From positions 26,350,001-26,414,000 of the forward strand of contig CM022673.1 in NCBI GenBank assembly GCA_012295275.1: a stretch of 64,000 nt of DNA, given 5' to 3'. The notes under the pieces are model-generated. The model was not told the origin of the DNA, ran no database searches, and saw only the letters and a list, made by a program, of their open reading frames with translations. The position numbers and the translations under genes are program-made. Origin of the DNA: Chrysomallon squamiferum. Taxonomy: Eukaryota; Animalia; Mollusca. Shown here in pieces: positions 1-36,580 of this stretch. Every line of letters begins with the position of its first letter. Position 1 is the stretch's first letter.

Positions 1-300
1 TTCCTTATGATTTACATTTAAGCAGTTATGGTAGCAGTATTAATAGCTGTTTTATGTGTGTGTATGTGTATCTATGTACATATATATGTATATATGAATT
101 TTCATTTTCTATTTAGCATTTAAAATATCCTTTTGTCTTAGGAACAAGTAAAAACTTTATAATAATTACATTAAGAGAAGAATTAAAACAGAAATACAAA
201 AACATGAAAGACTGAGTAAACCTTGTTTTTTTTTTCATCTTTAAACTTAACCATATGTTTACACAAAGGTTTTTAAATATGTAAGGTAATATTATTGAAA

Positions 301-326
301 TAATAATAATAATGATAATAATAATA

Positions 327-400
<74 letters not shown>
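301..400. repeat. (TAA)n followed by (TAAA)n microsatellite
   Basis: Directly visible. Similar (TTA)n tracts occur at ~1106-1160, 18103-18178, 21110-21180, 22690-22740, 35232-35275 and 51830-51872. Confidence 0.95.
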
Positions 401-402
<2 letters not shown>

Positions 403-559
403 TATGTATTAAGCACTGATCACACACTCAAATCACATAATATCCAAAGCAGTGGTAAAAAAATATATATTACTGCAACTACAGTAGTAAATGATATTTT
501 CTACTGAATCAAAAATCCATTTATATAAATATAAATGAAAGTATCGAAAACACAAGTCT

Positions 560-600
560 GAACATTGGGGATTGCGGAAGGCGGGTCAGCAAGAGAAGGA
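560..600 (+). promoter_or_regulatory. Probable core promoter/5'UTR of the ankyrin gene
   Basis: Short GC/CpG-rich patch (GCGGAAG ETS-like, GGCGGG GC-box-like) 30-50 nt upstream of the ATG in otherwise very AT-rich DNA. Confidence 0.35.
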
Positions 601-623
601 AATAAAAACCAAAAAGAAACGTT

Positions 624-1101
624 ATGGCTGACGAAAACGACGGCGTCCTTCGAGACCTACAAGCTCAAATAAAAGAAGCCGATATTCCTGCTGGACGTTT
701 GTCAACGCTCGCAAAACAAGGTGATGAAAAGGTAATTGTCATTTAGAAAATAAAATAAAGATATTAATTCTTAAGAATGTTTCCATTTATATTACTAAAG
801 TTAATAGTAATATTATTGAGTTTCTAAGGCTTAACAAAAGTCTTATCGATCATGCGATTGTTACTGAAGCCGATGGTTAATGCATGGTTACAAATAAATA
901 GATGGTATTTTAACGTTTATTTTCACGAACTAAAGTTTAAAATTTTATCTGATAGTGACCCTAGTACAGCGTTTATAAAATGTTATTTTGTTTCTGCGCA
1001 CTTGTCTGTGACATTTTAACATGAATAATTAATTTAAAATATTTTGGACAACAAAAAAGTATTCTACACAGTAACACACTTGTGTCTTGATGAAGTAATA
1101 A

Positions 1102-1160
<59 letters not shown>

Positions 1161-2559
1161 TAAATCTCTTTTACCTATCGGCCATCGTGATCGCCAAATG
1201 TTAATAATTTTTTTTTTTTTAAATTAATGTTGTTGTTTTTTGTTTTTTTTTTTAAATAATTTTAATTTATATTATTTATTGCCTTAATATTGGTTGGGAA
1301 TATTCCGAATGAAGGATGCAAACCATTGTCAGAATAATTTAGAAGACATTTGAGCCTAAGTGTAGATCATAACACTAGTTTAGAAATATATGAAACAATG
1401 TGTATTGATAATGAGCATTTATTTAAAAAATAATAATAAATAAAAATAAATTTACTAAATCAGTTTTGAACTATATTATTAGAATTAAATTATAGAGAAG
1501 TTTAATTATTTATAGGCCCCTATCATTTAAATTTGTTTTCATTGATGGTGTAATAATTTTTTAAATATATGTTTGTCACATTTTTAGCAAATGATCATTA
1601 TTTAACTTTCAGTTAACACAGTGTGTTTTTTATTACTTTATAATATATAATTGTTACTAATTTTACATATGTCCTTGGCATAATTAAGGATTTTATAATT
1701 ATAATTATGACAGCATATAAACATATGATATATCATTCCTTCAGTTCCAGCAGATTAAAAAAAAAATGAATACACAAAAACAGAAATATTTATTTATTTA
1801 TTTTGAAATAAATGATTAAAATAGAGCTATGTTATATATCAAAATATTGTCTTTGTTTCAGTTAGTTCAGGCATTCCTTGGTGAAAATATCAAAGTTAAA
1901 AAATCTGGTCCTGAAGCCATACAAAGTCAGTTGTATATTGGTGAGTTTGCTGATTTTTTATAATTTCTATTTTTGTTTTTATATTGTTAATTTATGTATA
2001 TATTTCAATTTTTATAAATTACTCATCTAAAAAATGACATTTACTTCACTTTCCTGTATTATTTTACATTTATTAATTTCTTATTTGCTTTCGTTATTTA
2101 TTTTATTTTTTATTTTCTGAGTAAAATGAGAGAGAAATGTTACATTTCTAAGTATTGTTCAGAATACATTCAGATTATTAATTTTTTAATTTAAAACGTA
2201 TCTTAATATTAAATGAATTTCCTTTCTTTATAGCAAGTTTCTGGGGCATTAAAGACATTGTAAAACAACTTTTAGCTAATGGAGCAGGTAAGAATATTAT
2301 TAATTTACAATTATAGTTAGTAAATTATCATGAAAATTTTATAACTGAAGATAATTTTAGTTCCTAAAATGTCACACTGATTTAAAAAAGGCAGGCCTCT
2401 ATCCTGTCTTATTAAATTGGAATACAAAAGCCTCTTTACTGTAAAGGATAATGTACAAAGATCTGTCTGCTTCAAAACAGTACATCTCCAATTCAGTCTT
2501 ATTATCATTTCATTACTTGCATATTTGAATTCAGAATTTAAATGTGAAGATTATGTAAT

Positions 2560-2597
<38 letters not shown>

Positions 2598-5500
2598 AAT
2601 TTATACTTTACCAGAAAACTAATTTACTGCTGTAATAAAAATATATGTGATTATTTACATCTGATATAAAATGTTGATATTTATTTTATTTTTTTTTTTT
2701 TTTGTGTTTTTTTTTTTTTTTTTTTTTTTTTTTGTCACATTTTATTAATTAATGAGATGAATGACAGTAACACAAACAAGTGGGATTTGTATGAGTGATA
2801 CCTACCGGATTGTATAATGTGATGATCGCACAAGCATCTTCTGTACTAATATAGTTAACAAGGACCTTGAATACTTCAACAGTAATCTGTGTATATTATT
2901 TTGATCTTGCCATCTTAGTAAATATAGTTTTGCAATATAATAAAAATGATCATTTTGTTGAAAAGAAACTGATAAATTTCAGATCCCAACAAACAGAACA
3001 GTGGAAGTCTGTGGACACCTCTTCATGCTGCAACATTCCAAGAACATGGACCTGTGAGTTAAAAAATCTAATCAATTAAAATATCTAAAAAAATTAAACT
3101 TTGTTTATTGGATTAAAATAAATGAAAATGCATATCATTTCACATTCCTAAATGCTGGGTCAGATTATCTGTTATTTAGCTGTTATAGTAGATGTATTTT
3201 AAATCTAGAAACAACTTTGTTTTGAAGTTTTGAAAGAAGATTCATTTCAACAAAATAACTAAATCAAAGGAACTACTTATAAAGAACAATGTCCATCATT
3301 AAGTCTGTATTTCAACATTTCAGGTTGTTATGCTCCTGTTAGAGAATGGAGCTGATCCTGAGACTGAAGATTCTGAAAAAAGGTTTGTGTGTCTTGCAGT
3401 ACCAGCTGCATTTAGAGCTACAAATTCTTTTACTTTATTTTTAGTTTGTCTTTGAAGGAAATATCTAAATGTATATTCTCTGAAGGAAAATATAAATTAC
3501 CTGTTGAAATATACCTAGGGAAGCATGAACAAATTGTCTAAATTATTGTTTTAAGCATCATGATTATTTGTATGATGATATTTATAATCTGCTCATGAGG
3601 ACATTCATGACTAATTTTAATATGTCAGGATTATGTTTACATAATAACATAGGTTCACTCTCACCTAGCCTAAAACTTTGTAATTCTGTCTCCCACATAG
3701 CCAGAATGATGTTGGGATACTTGGGCCAAATGTTTTGATAGTAAATTGGTATTAAGGGCTATGGTCCATTTGTTATATTAAGATAGCAGTACTCTGGTAG
3801 TGATGCTGATGAGTTTATATGAGTGAATAAAATTCAGGGAATATTAATATTGGTATTAAGGGCTGTTGTCCATGTTGATATTAAGTGAATATAGCTCAGT
3901 AGATAGCAGTACTCTGGTAGTCATGTTGATGAGTGTGTACATATGAGTGAACAGAATACTGCAAAATAACTGGATGCATTGAGTGAACAGCTAGTCATGT
4001 ACAGTTTAAAAACCAACCAAGGCCGGGCTACATCAGTCATCATGGCTAACGCAAAGGCGGACACTTCCTTGTTCACAATGATTTTCAGTTCAGAGTAAAA
4101 ACCCAATTTAAAGATACCACTTATTGGCACTGGAGGCATCACATGAGATATTGCCTTGCAATGGCAACCACTTAAAATACAGTACTATGTCAGTGTCGAA
4201 ATGAAGGTGTTTCCAGGTTTTTATTCATTACACCCAGTGTATCATCCAATACTCATGAGAATCATGCAAACTAGCCATCCCTTTTAGGGACAGTGCTGAT
4301 GTCCAGAGATATTGATACAGACTATAACACAAATGCAACTCCCACCTAGCCAAAACCCAATGTTGTTGTGATAGATTGATTTGATTAGGTTTTTGGATAG
4401 GTGGGAGAACACCACAGGGTTAGTGTCACCCAAAAATGCCTCAGTCTTGTTGTTTCATTGTCACTTTTTTCAATAAAAAAATAGTCTTAAAGGAAATTAT
4501 TTTGTAAATTTTAATGCATTGTAAAATATTTGAAATACTAAAGAAGATGCCTGGTCTACATTCTACAGTTAATAACATCTTCCATTTACATTCAGTGTCT
4601 TGATTCTTAGCTAATTAAAAATAATAATTTTATGAATCTATTTTTAGAACTACTTGAAGATATATTATTTGTTCTGAAAAGCAAAACCCTGAGAATTTAA
4701 ACATTTTGTTTGTTTAATAACACTTTAACAAAGAGTGAAATCTTTTTCAGAACAATTTTACAATTTCATTTTTGTTTCATTTCAAAATACTTTTTTCTCT
4801 AATTTATTTATATTACAACTTTTTGTTTCAGAACTCCAAAGGACTTTGCTTCAGCTTCAGATAAAATTTGGCCTCATTTTGCTGCACTGAAACTGAACAG
4901 AACATCAAAATCAGATCTGATTGCTAAACAAATACTTCAAAAGGTACATTATGTTTAAATTTATGATGAAAAAATATAGCAGAATCTTGTTTTGTTACAA
5001 ATCCAGTTCATTTTCTTCAGTTCTTCATGATGGTGCACATATCTTTTCATTCATCCCATTACAAATGAAATGAAGTTTAATGCTGTTTTTCATTCACTTG
5101 AATTTGAATGTATGATGTGTAAATCAAGGATACCAGAATATTATTTAATTTTTTTTTTTTTTTTTTTTTTGCAGAATATAAACTTGCATAGACTGTCAAT
5201 AAGTAAATTTTTATTAAATTTCAAATTATTTAATTTAATTAAATATATATCAGGTGCTAAGGGTATTTCTCAAATACATTAATTTTTTAATTCACTTTTT
5301 CAGACTGATCATGTACAGTCAGTGAAAGGTACAAGTGGAGGAATTAAAATGGTAATAATTTACAAATTACAATTCTTGTTTCTGTTTGATAACAATTCTG
5401 TTTAAACGAGGTTAGGTGTTTCAATAATTTTGTTTATGGATGTGCATGAGAAGTGAATTCTTTGGTTGTAATAATCTTTGAAGCATTAATGCTATAAAAT

Positions 5501-5863
5501 TGCTTTTAACTGATTTTCTATATTTCAAAAAATATATAATCATGAACTCAAAGAAAATGTAATTATGAACTATGATCACTTTTGGTATTATAATACACAT
5601 TTATATCGGTCATTCTACTGATAAATTTTTCTAAATATCTAAAAAGTTTAAAACAAATTTTGTTCTAATTTAAGCACCTAAACTAGCAATGACTAAATAA
5701 TAAATTCCTTTTTCAGGCAGAATATAACAGTCCATTGTCATCTTCTAACAACAATAGTGATTCATATAGCCTGGCAGCATTGCAAGGAGATGTGCTTGGA
5801 GATGAGAAAGAACCCAAACCAAGACATCCAGCAGTTCAGCCTCCATTTGCTTTGTGGCAATAA
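624..5863 (+). CDS. Small ankyrin-repeat protein (~225 aa, 8 exons), orthologue not recognised
   Basis: GT-AG exons 624-731, 1862-1940, 2234-2287, 2983-3053, 3324-3382, 4832-4943, 5304-5351 and 5717-5863 join in phase to 678 nt (ATG..TAA). Translation has ankyrin motifs: SQLYIASFWGIKDIVKQLLANGADPNKQ; LWTPLHAATFQEHGPVVMLLLENGADPETEDSEKRTPKDFA. Confidence 0.9.
3652..4413 (+). mobile_element. Decayed Mutator/MULE-like DNA transposon remnant with FLYWCH zinc-finger fragment
   Basis: Imperfect inverted termini 3652-3676 and 4389-4413 (19/25 identical by eye), an internal copy of CTCCCACCTAGCC at ~4339, and 4050-4172 translating to RKGGHFLVHNDFQFRVKTQFKDTTYWHWRHHMRYCLAMATT (FLYWCH-like) between stop codons. 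No TSD found. Confidence 0.6.
3746..3951. repeat. Two diverged tandem copies of a ~100-bp unit
   Basis: TTGGTATTAAGGGCT...AGATAGCAGTACTCTGGTAGT.ATG.TGATGAGT...ATATGAGTGAA occurs at ~3746-3828 and ~3850-3951. Confidence 0.85.
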
Positions 5864-6306
5864 CTGATTTATGTGTACCACCATTTTTACATCTTGCATG
5901 TTTGATCAGCATTTCTGGCTCTTAGTTACCATTTCAGGATTTTTATCCAAAAGTAAACACCTAATTTTATAGAGATTTATTTCATCACATTTTATTGTAT
6001 ATGCAAATTATGAATTAGCAAAAATTGTGTCCACAAATTTAGTTAGGTGTCTCAACAGTTGTCATTTTTCAGGATCAGGAGAAAGAATAGAAGTAAAACA
6101 GAATCTCATTAATTATAAAATAATCTTTTAGATTTTAAATCTTTATTGTATTTCTGCAAAAACATTAATTCCTTGTGTGCCAAAAAACTTTTTTGTAACT
6201 TGTCCCAAATTGCCAAAGTTTAAAGAATTTTGTTACTAAATTTTAACTATTTTAAAAATAACAAATATAAAAGAATAAAGAACTTTTCATATTTTCTTGG
6301 CTTGTC

Positions 6307-6339
<33 letters not shown>

Positions 6340-9159
6340 TGTTTGTAGGCTTTACATAACTGTTTTCAATGCCTTGGGACTGCATTAATTTTTTTAACAA
6401 TTATAGTTTTGGTCGACTGAATAAAACATGAATTTCGTATAACATACAGTCTCATCCAGATAGTGTTAATGCATTACATGTGTAAATTGCTCCAGGCATT
6501 GCAAACACTTGTGTTATTTGTAAGTGAAGGCTAATCTCCTCAATTTAACAAATGTACAGCATCTGAATGCTTAATCCAAGTATAAATAAAATTATAGTTC
6601 AGTACAAAACACTCATATGGCTAAGTGAACTCTTATTTTGGCAAACAAGGCTTTGATGGATTGTTTTTTTTTTATCGCTTGCTTACTTAATATTTTCAAT
6701 ACTTATAAATCGTTTAAAAAAAATAATTTAAATTTAAAATAGAAAAAAAAAATATATATATAATGTTTTCTGTGTTCAGAAGGTTATTATTTTCTGTTAA
6801 AAATATTTTATATATGACTATCTCCAATTATATTTATAATAATTTTGCATAAATATACACAGAATAATATAAAAAAATACAGTTTTATCCATGTATACTA
6901 ACTACTTTTTCTTAAAGTATTTTATCACTAAAACTCACTTTGTGAAAACAATTTTAAAATTATTTTGAATCTTTTTTTGCTCAGTTGATAATTTATAAAA
7001 TATTATTGTAACTGAAAGGTATTTTTAAAATAAAGTATTAAAATTATGTCTGTGATACATTTTGAACTATATGTGCAATAAATACTTTAAACATTATCTT
7101 TGGTTTTTAATCTATTTTACAGATATTTGGAATTATCTTTCTTTTGGCCTATTGAATCATTAAAACTGGACAAAGATTAGTAATCAAAAACAAACTATAA
7201 TAATGTTTTGAAGCCATAACTATGTATTTTGGATTTTTCTTACATTTCCATTGATGAAATAAACTAGAATTTAAATATGTCAAGCAACTTTAAAAACAAA
7301 AATAAACCTGCCCTAGGAAAGAGTTCTTAAAACAACATTAAAAATAAATATTAATTGTTTATTTATTTATTTATTTTTTTTGGGGGGGGGCGTTTTTTGC
7401 TTCTCTTTTTATTTTTTTATTCTTCTCTAGCCATACAGTGATGACACCATTTTTAAAAAGTGGAAATTGTGGTCGGAAAAAAAAAAGAGTAAAAAATAGA
7501 AAAGTTATATATTCCCAAGAAAGAATGTCTCATTTTACATATTTCATAATCTTAACACCTGATGACATGCTTGGGAAATAATTTTCAATAACAATTTCTA
7601 CTGATCATCATAATGATTGAAATGGTGAAATAATAGTGATGCAAACAAAGTCTTAAACATTAATAAATCATAAATAATTGAAAGAATTAAAGTATAAAAA
7701 GTACAGCTTAACTTTTCTATACACATAATGATAATCTATAATAGAGTAAGTCAAATAATTTAATAATCATCATTATACACTGCAGACGCATTTCCGTGTT
7801 TAGAGACTCAGTCTTTCCAGGTATTGTCCAGCTGATTTTCTTAGGCAACCAAATCGCAATCGTAAAAGACGTACATATATTTTAAGATTTTTTTTTTTCT
7901 TATAAAATATTTTCACATATATATTTTTGAACACCAAGTTCGGGTTAATTTTGTTGTTGTTGTTGGGTTTTTTTTTTTTGTTGTTTTTGTCCATGCTATT
8001 CTTCTTCTTCTTCTTCTTCTTCTTATTATTATTATTTTAATGAACTATTTATTAAGCATGTAAACGTTCAAACATTTATATAATAAAAAAAAGAATTCCC
8101 AATCACATGACCAGAAAAATCGACAGCCGTTAATTAAAGAAGTTAACCTAAGCATTTTTGCAGTTTTTCACATTTAGTGCAATACTGACCCCAAAGCCGT
8201 TTTGTATGCAATGTAAACGCATTAGAGCAAAGTTTCTCATCTTGGCAGTTTAATTTAATTTAAATCCATTTTCATTTTCTTTTTTGCTGACTGTAGAGAG
8301 AATATTGAATTAGTTTTCAGTTTTTGTGTATTAAAACGCAACATGTAAAAATAATGCAATTCACGAAATGTTGTTCATTTTTGAACAGCTGTGACTGAAT
8401 AATTTGATTTCGAATTTGGTTTGGTTTTTCTAATTCTTAAAATATAAAAGAACGAGCCAGGATTTTCTTCTCTTTTTCTTCTTCTTTTTTTTATTTTTTT
8501 TTTTTTTATTTTTGTACCACGTCAGAGAAATTTGCCAGTTTATGCATTTATATTAAAAATGGATCTTTATAGTGGAAAGTTACTGTTTCATGAACTGATT
8601 ATTTTTATTTAATACTTTAGATTGAAATAAGAAGTATAATTAAAATGTTCAGTGAAATTAAGAGAGAAAGAGAGAGGGTTAAGAAAAAAGAACCTAAGTG
8701 ATTCACTTATTTATATGTAGAAATTTCAATATATATATATATAATTATGCAGTTATTTAGATAAAAGTTTCAAGTTAATAAATTAATAAATAAAATAAAA
8801 CAACAACAACAATAATAATGTAATAATAATAATAATAATGTTGTTGTTGTTATAAAATCATACTGTGAAATGAGACAGCAGCAGAACATTGTATGCTCAG
8901 CGGCATGCAAAAATATTGAATGCATTTTAAGGACATGGAGAAAATAATACTTTTATACCAGACCAGGTCTCATAAAAGAAATGGAAAATAGTAACGCGCA
9001 CTTTTTTATTACTTTTGGGAACTTGTTTTACACATTTCTAATTAATTAATAATCAAATATTAGTCTCACAACGGTTTCTAGAAGTATACAAAATACATTA
9101 AAGAGATTTATTAATACACAACTGTTCTCCTTTAAATCATTGACTGTAACTAGTTATTT

Positions 9160-9314
9160 AGGTAAGACCTTTTCCAAACATCCAATCAAAATCCAGGTTA
9201 CAAACACTTTCAAAATAGACATATCTTGAATCATTTGAAGTACTATCAAAGGCAAACTTAACCAAAGAATTTATATCTGTCGGATTTGTTAATATATCGA
9301 TTGTATGAATATCA
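9160..9314 (+). other. Candidate non-coding first exon (5'UTR) of CKAP5
   Basis: Higher-complexity stretch closed in all three + frames, ending at a perfect GTAAGT donor (9315), with CpG-containing sequence nearby. The CKAP5 ATG exon needs an upstream donor. The 5' boundary is a guess. Confidence 0.3.
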
Positions 9315-11070
9315 GTAAGTTTTATGTAGACAATTATTTTTTTCTTTTTGAAACAAACATTAGAAAAAATACTTTTTGTATCTGACATAAGTTATTACTT
9401 GGGTACGAAAGAGTAACAAATTGTAACTTGTTCATTTGCTTTTTCTTTCTTGAGATGACAGATGATTACTCGCGTTCATAAGAACTGTTTAAAAATGAGA
9501 TCGATAATTGATATTTTAAAAATATTTAAGTGGTAAGCCATTAATTAGAGCTTTAAAAAAATACCAGATTCTAAATTTAGTTTTATTAAAAAAACTACGA
9601 GGAGTATTGGTATTAACATTTTATTATGTATAGACTTTAGACTATAGATGGTCACACTGTCACAGTGATATTGCATATTCGTCTACCAGTACCCACACGA
9701 CAGTTCGGTCACAAACTAGGCCTACTGATTGCTTAAAGTGAGAAATTAATGTTTTATATCTTTAAATAATTTTATTTGTAGCATTTGAAGTAACAGATGC
9801 TACATTATTTTTAATACCTTCAGTTTCTTTTCAGTGGGCAAAATAGTTTGTCTGGATAAATAATCCTAATTGAATTTCTTAATTGAAAAATATTTGATCA
9901 TGAATATAAAATGCCAGCTGTTTCATCAAAATATTTTGCTGTACAAACAACAAGGAATCAATTAAACATTCTGGATCCCAATTTAGTAATCAAAATGTTT
10001 AATAAACACTAATTTTTACTGATGTATTTAAAATAAAGTTATTCAATGCTCTGTAATAAATGTCAATGTAGCTTTTCAGGAAAGGACAAAAAACAACTAA
10101 TTTGTTTTTATCTACTGAGTTTTAGCATAAATCATTTATGATATTTACAACCATAAATATTCAATGACAAATTCACAGGTCTCATTAATTGTGATATCTA
10201 TGATTTCAAAATTTTAAATCAAATTCATATGAAAAGTGTATTTCTCTCTTAATTTCACTAAAGATTTTAATTTAGCTTCTTCTTTATTTATTCAATCTCA
10301 AGTACTTTTTTTGCTTAAATAAAAATAATCAGTTAATGAAAAAATAACTTTCCACTGTAAAGGTCCATTTTTAACATGTATGCATAAATTTGACAAATTT
10401 GCATCACATGATTAAAAAAAAAAAAAATGAAAAAATTCATGGCTCATTCTTTTGTATTTTATAAATTTCTATAAATTTTGTTTTAAAACTAGCTATTTCA
10501 TATTATTTCAAGTCATGAATAAAAGCTTAAAACATTTCTTTTTGGCTTTTTCTGGGTTTTATTAGGCTTCTTAATGTAGGCAAGTGATAAATAGTTTAAT
10601 GAATGTATCTTATTGTATAAAGGCATTAGGGTAAAAATATAATTACTATGTAATATAATACCTAAAATCAAAAAATTGAATTATTTTATATTCATTACAA
10701 ACTGTTCAAATATTTTTGCTTAACTCATTAAAATTAGTATGTTCTGTAGCTGGAAAAAACAGTTGTCTTTTCTGTCACATATTTCAGAATTTATGTAATG
10801 TAGTCAGCCCAAAACCATAACAATATTTTTCTTTCTTTCTTTCTTTCTTCATATGGATACTTAATAAAAATATATAAAATATAGAGCTGAATGTTATGAA
10901 TAAATCAAACCAATGTTTTCTATCTTTATGTCAGTTTTATTATTACCAAATATAGCTCACATAACCTCATATTTCAGAGGAATATTAAAAAATAAATTAT
11001 TAAATAAGCTGGTTACATGACACAGCATTTTTATTGATTGATTTTTTTATATATATTTTTTTACAGCATA

Positions 11071-33916
<22,846 letters not shown>

Positions 33917-35225
33917 CAAAACAGTTTTTTCTTCTTTATTACTGGGTTTTTTTAAACGACAGTAATGTTTCAACTGCTTTGTCTTACAGTCTACTACTCG
34001 TCATCAGTGTTTCTTCCTGCAGGATTCTTTATCTGTTTAAAAATCAAAACTGTGAGGCTTATAAGTGTAAACTGATAAACGTGGTTTAAGAAAATTTAGC
34101 CATTCGAAATGTTTTTCAGTTTCTTGCACCGCTTGTTTGTATTGACTGCTGACCAGAAGATCTGTATACTAAATGAATGTGTTTAGTTTGTGTTTTACAT
34201 TGTCTTGCCTGAGGGTTTCAGGTGTTCACTGTTTATATCTTATCAGCATTCTGGCTTAGTTTTTATAAGACATTGTTTTTCAAGCTTTCGATGTGGAATC
34301 ACCAAAATCTTCAGCATCAGACACTGTGCTTTCCTTTTCTCTTCTCTTTCTTACAAAACACATCTAACATACATCATTATCAAGAAACTATAAATACTTA
34401 AAGTATTTATTTTTCATCAGAAACTGTTTTTAAATTTTAATGTTACACTTAAGTCTGTTTTTTTGCTCTGCTGTTAATTTAATTGTGCAAATAAAGCTGA
34501 ACTCAAATCAGCTGTCAATGGACCGATTGTAACTCTACTTTTTTTATGTTTTTGTTTTTTATTAATGTATGTATACATGTGTGTTTTTGTATGCTAATGT
34601 GGATGAAAAAATGCACCAGAAAAAAGAAAAGGTAACAAAAGGGGCAATAAAACTAAGACCACAAAACAAGGCTTTTTTTTGTTTTGTTTTTTGGGGGGTT
34701 TGTTTGTGTGTGTGTGTGCATGCATGCATACATAAATATAGGTTCATTATAAATTGTGCATCTTTAATTTTTTATAATTTCTGATCAATGCATACTAATA
34801 TTGATCTATAAAAAAGATTTAAAAAACAGCATTTGGATTTTTCAATATATTGTTGAGATTTTTAATTTTCAACAGGATCGCCATCATTTTAGAAGCAAAT
34901 TGATGGTATTAATTTTTTTTTTAATCATTTTCTGCATGTTCATTTATACAGAATAAGTTATAAAAATTAAAATTGCCAAAGGAATTTATGACCCTGTGTG
35001 TGTGTGGGGGGGGGATTTCATAACATACCTGTATTAAAATTTAATAAACAATAAACTTTTTGATTTCTATCTGCCAGTGGACAAATTATATGAAACTGTA
35101 AGGACAGGTTTTAATATAAAGTATATTATGCAAACAAATGTCATATTATTAATTTCTTATTTTTTTTTGTTTGTTTATTTGTTTTGGATGTGATTCTTTT
35201 TTTCTTTCTTTCTTTTTCTTTTAAC

Positions 35226-35276
<51 letters not shown>

Positions 35277-36545
35277 ATTTTGTAATTAAACATTTCCAAA
35301 AATTCTTAAAATGGACTGCAGAATGTTTTTATTAATGTTATGAACAACTTAATCTTTTTATTTGTACTGCTACAGCAGGTTGAAGTCAAATTTACCATAC
35401 AAGCCTAAGATGTGACAGGATCTTAGGATCAATCCTCAGTTCTCTCAAACTGAGCTATTATTAATCTTGCAAGTGCATTTTGATTAACTTATTTGTTAGT
35501 GGGGTTTTTGGTGATGATGGCGTGTTTGTTTTTGTGTTTTTTCGCGCACGTGTGTGTTTCTGTTCTGTGAGAAGATGCATATAAAAAGAACATCAAATCA
35601 GGTCAGTAGACCAAAAAGGAATGACATCACTTCTGGTCTCATTTAAAGGACGTAGATAAATAAAAGTCTTTGATATTTAATAACCATTACTATTAAAATG
35701 TATAGATCTGTTCAACATTTATTCACTCACTTGTTAGAAATCTGTAGTTACTACTCGGCAGACATCATTTACCGAAATACACTAACCGTACATTCTCGAG
35801 GAAAAAAATTCAGCATATACGAATATTGATTACATGAAGTTTTACTCCAAAAGCATTAATTTATAAATAATGAAAAGCGTTTAAAATGCAGTCCTATGAA
35901 GAAAATGTTTAATAAAAATACAATCTTGTTTTGCATACATCGCTACTTAATTATATATCGGTCTTCCAAAAAAAAAGAAGAAAAAAACGTTGCGGAGACC
36001 GGGAGACATGCATTAGAATGATTAGATGAAGGCGGGATTTCAATATTCTGCATCATTTATCTCCCCTTTTGTTTATTTGATGTTTTTGACATTTGTGTGA
36101 CAATGTGCCGAGGTTTAGATATTAAATAATGCTAGTAAATTTATTATTACTACCGACACTATGCATAATGTGTATTACAAACGAACACATTATTTCGATT
36201 CCGTAACTATTATTGAAGTATATAACTCTTTAGTATATGAAGATAAAAAAAGCAATAACCGGTGTTTCATTGGTTTGTTTGCCATAACCATTCCAGATAA
36301 TTGGAACAGAAATTTGTATGTTTTCTGAAAAGATTTTAAACACAATAACAAAAATAATACAATTTAATCTGGGTAATGTTGTTTATTTTTTATTTTTTTT
36401 ATTATGTAGTTTTGAGTGGCACAAAATAACACGCATCAGAAAGTGTTAAGGAATGAGGAACCTCCTTTTAAAAATAGTAAAATAAAATGACATTGCAAAT
36501 GATGGAATTTGAGTATTTTTTCCACTGTTTATTTTTATAACAGCA

Positions 36546-36580
<35 letters not shown>

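Noticed and set aside
113-427. Low-complexity ORFs (poly-Y/I/L/F), also 20983-21223, 22667-22930, 39605-39967, 51757-51981 and 60460-60759
   Set aside because: These are translations of (TAA)/(TTA)/poly-T microsatellites and AT-rich intron sequence with no coding signature.
7780-9400. Additional gene between the ankyrin gene and CKAP5 (ORFs 7800-7994 and 9158-9388)
   Set aside because: No recognisable protein motif and no chain of in-phase exons. More likely promoter, UTR or decayed repeat sequence.
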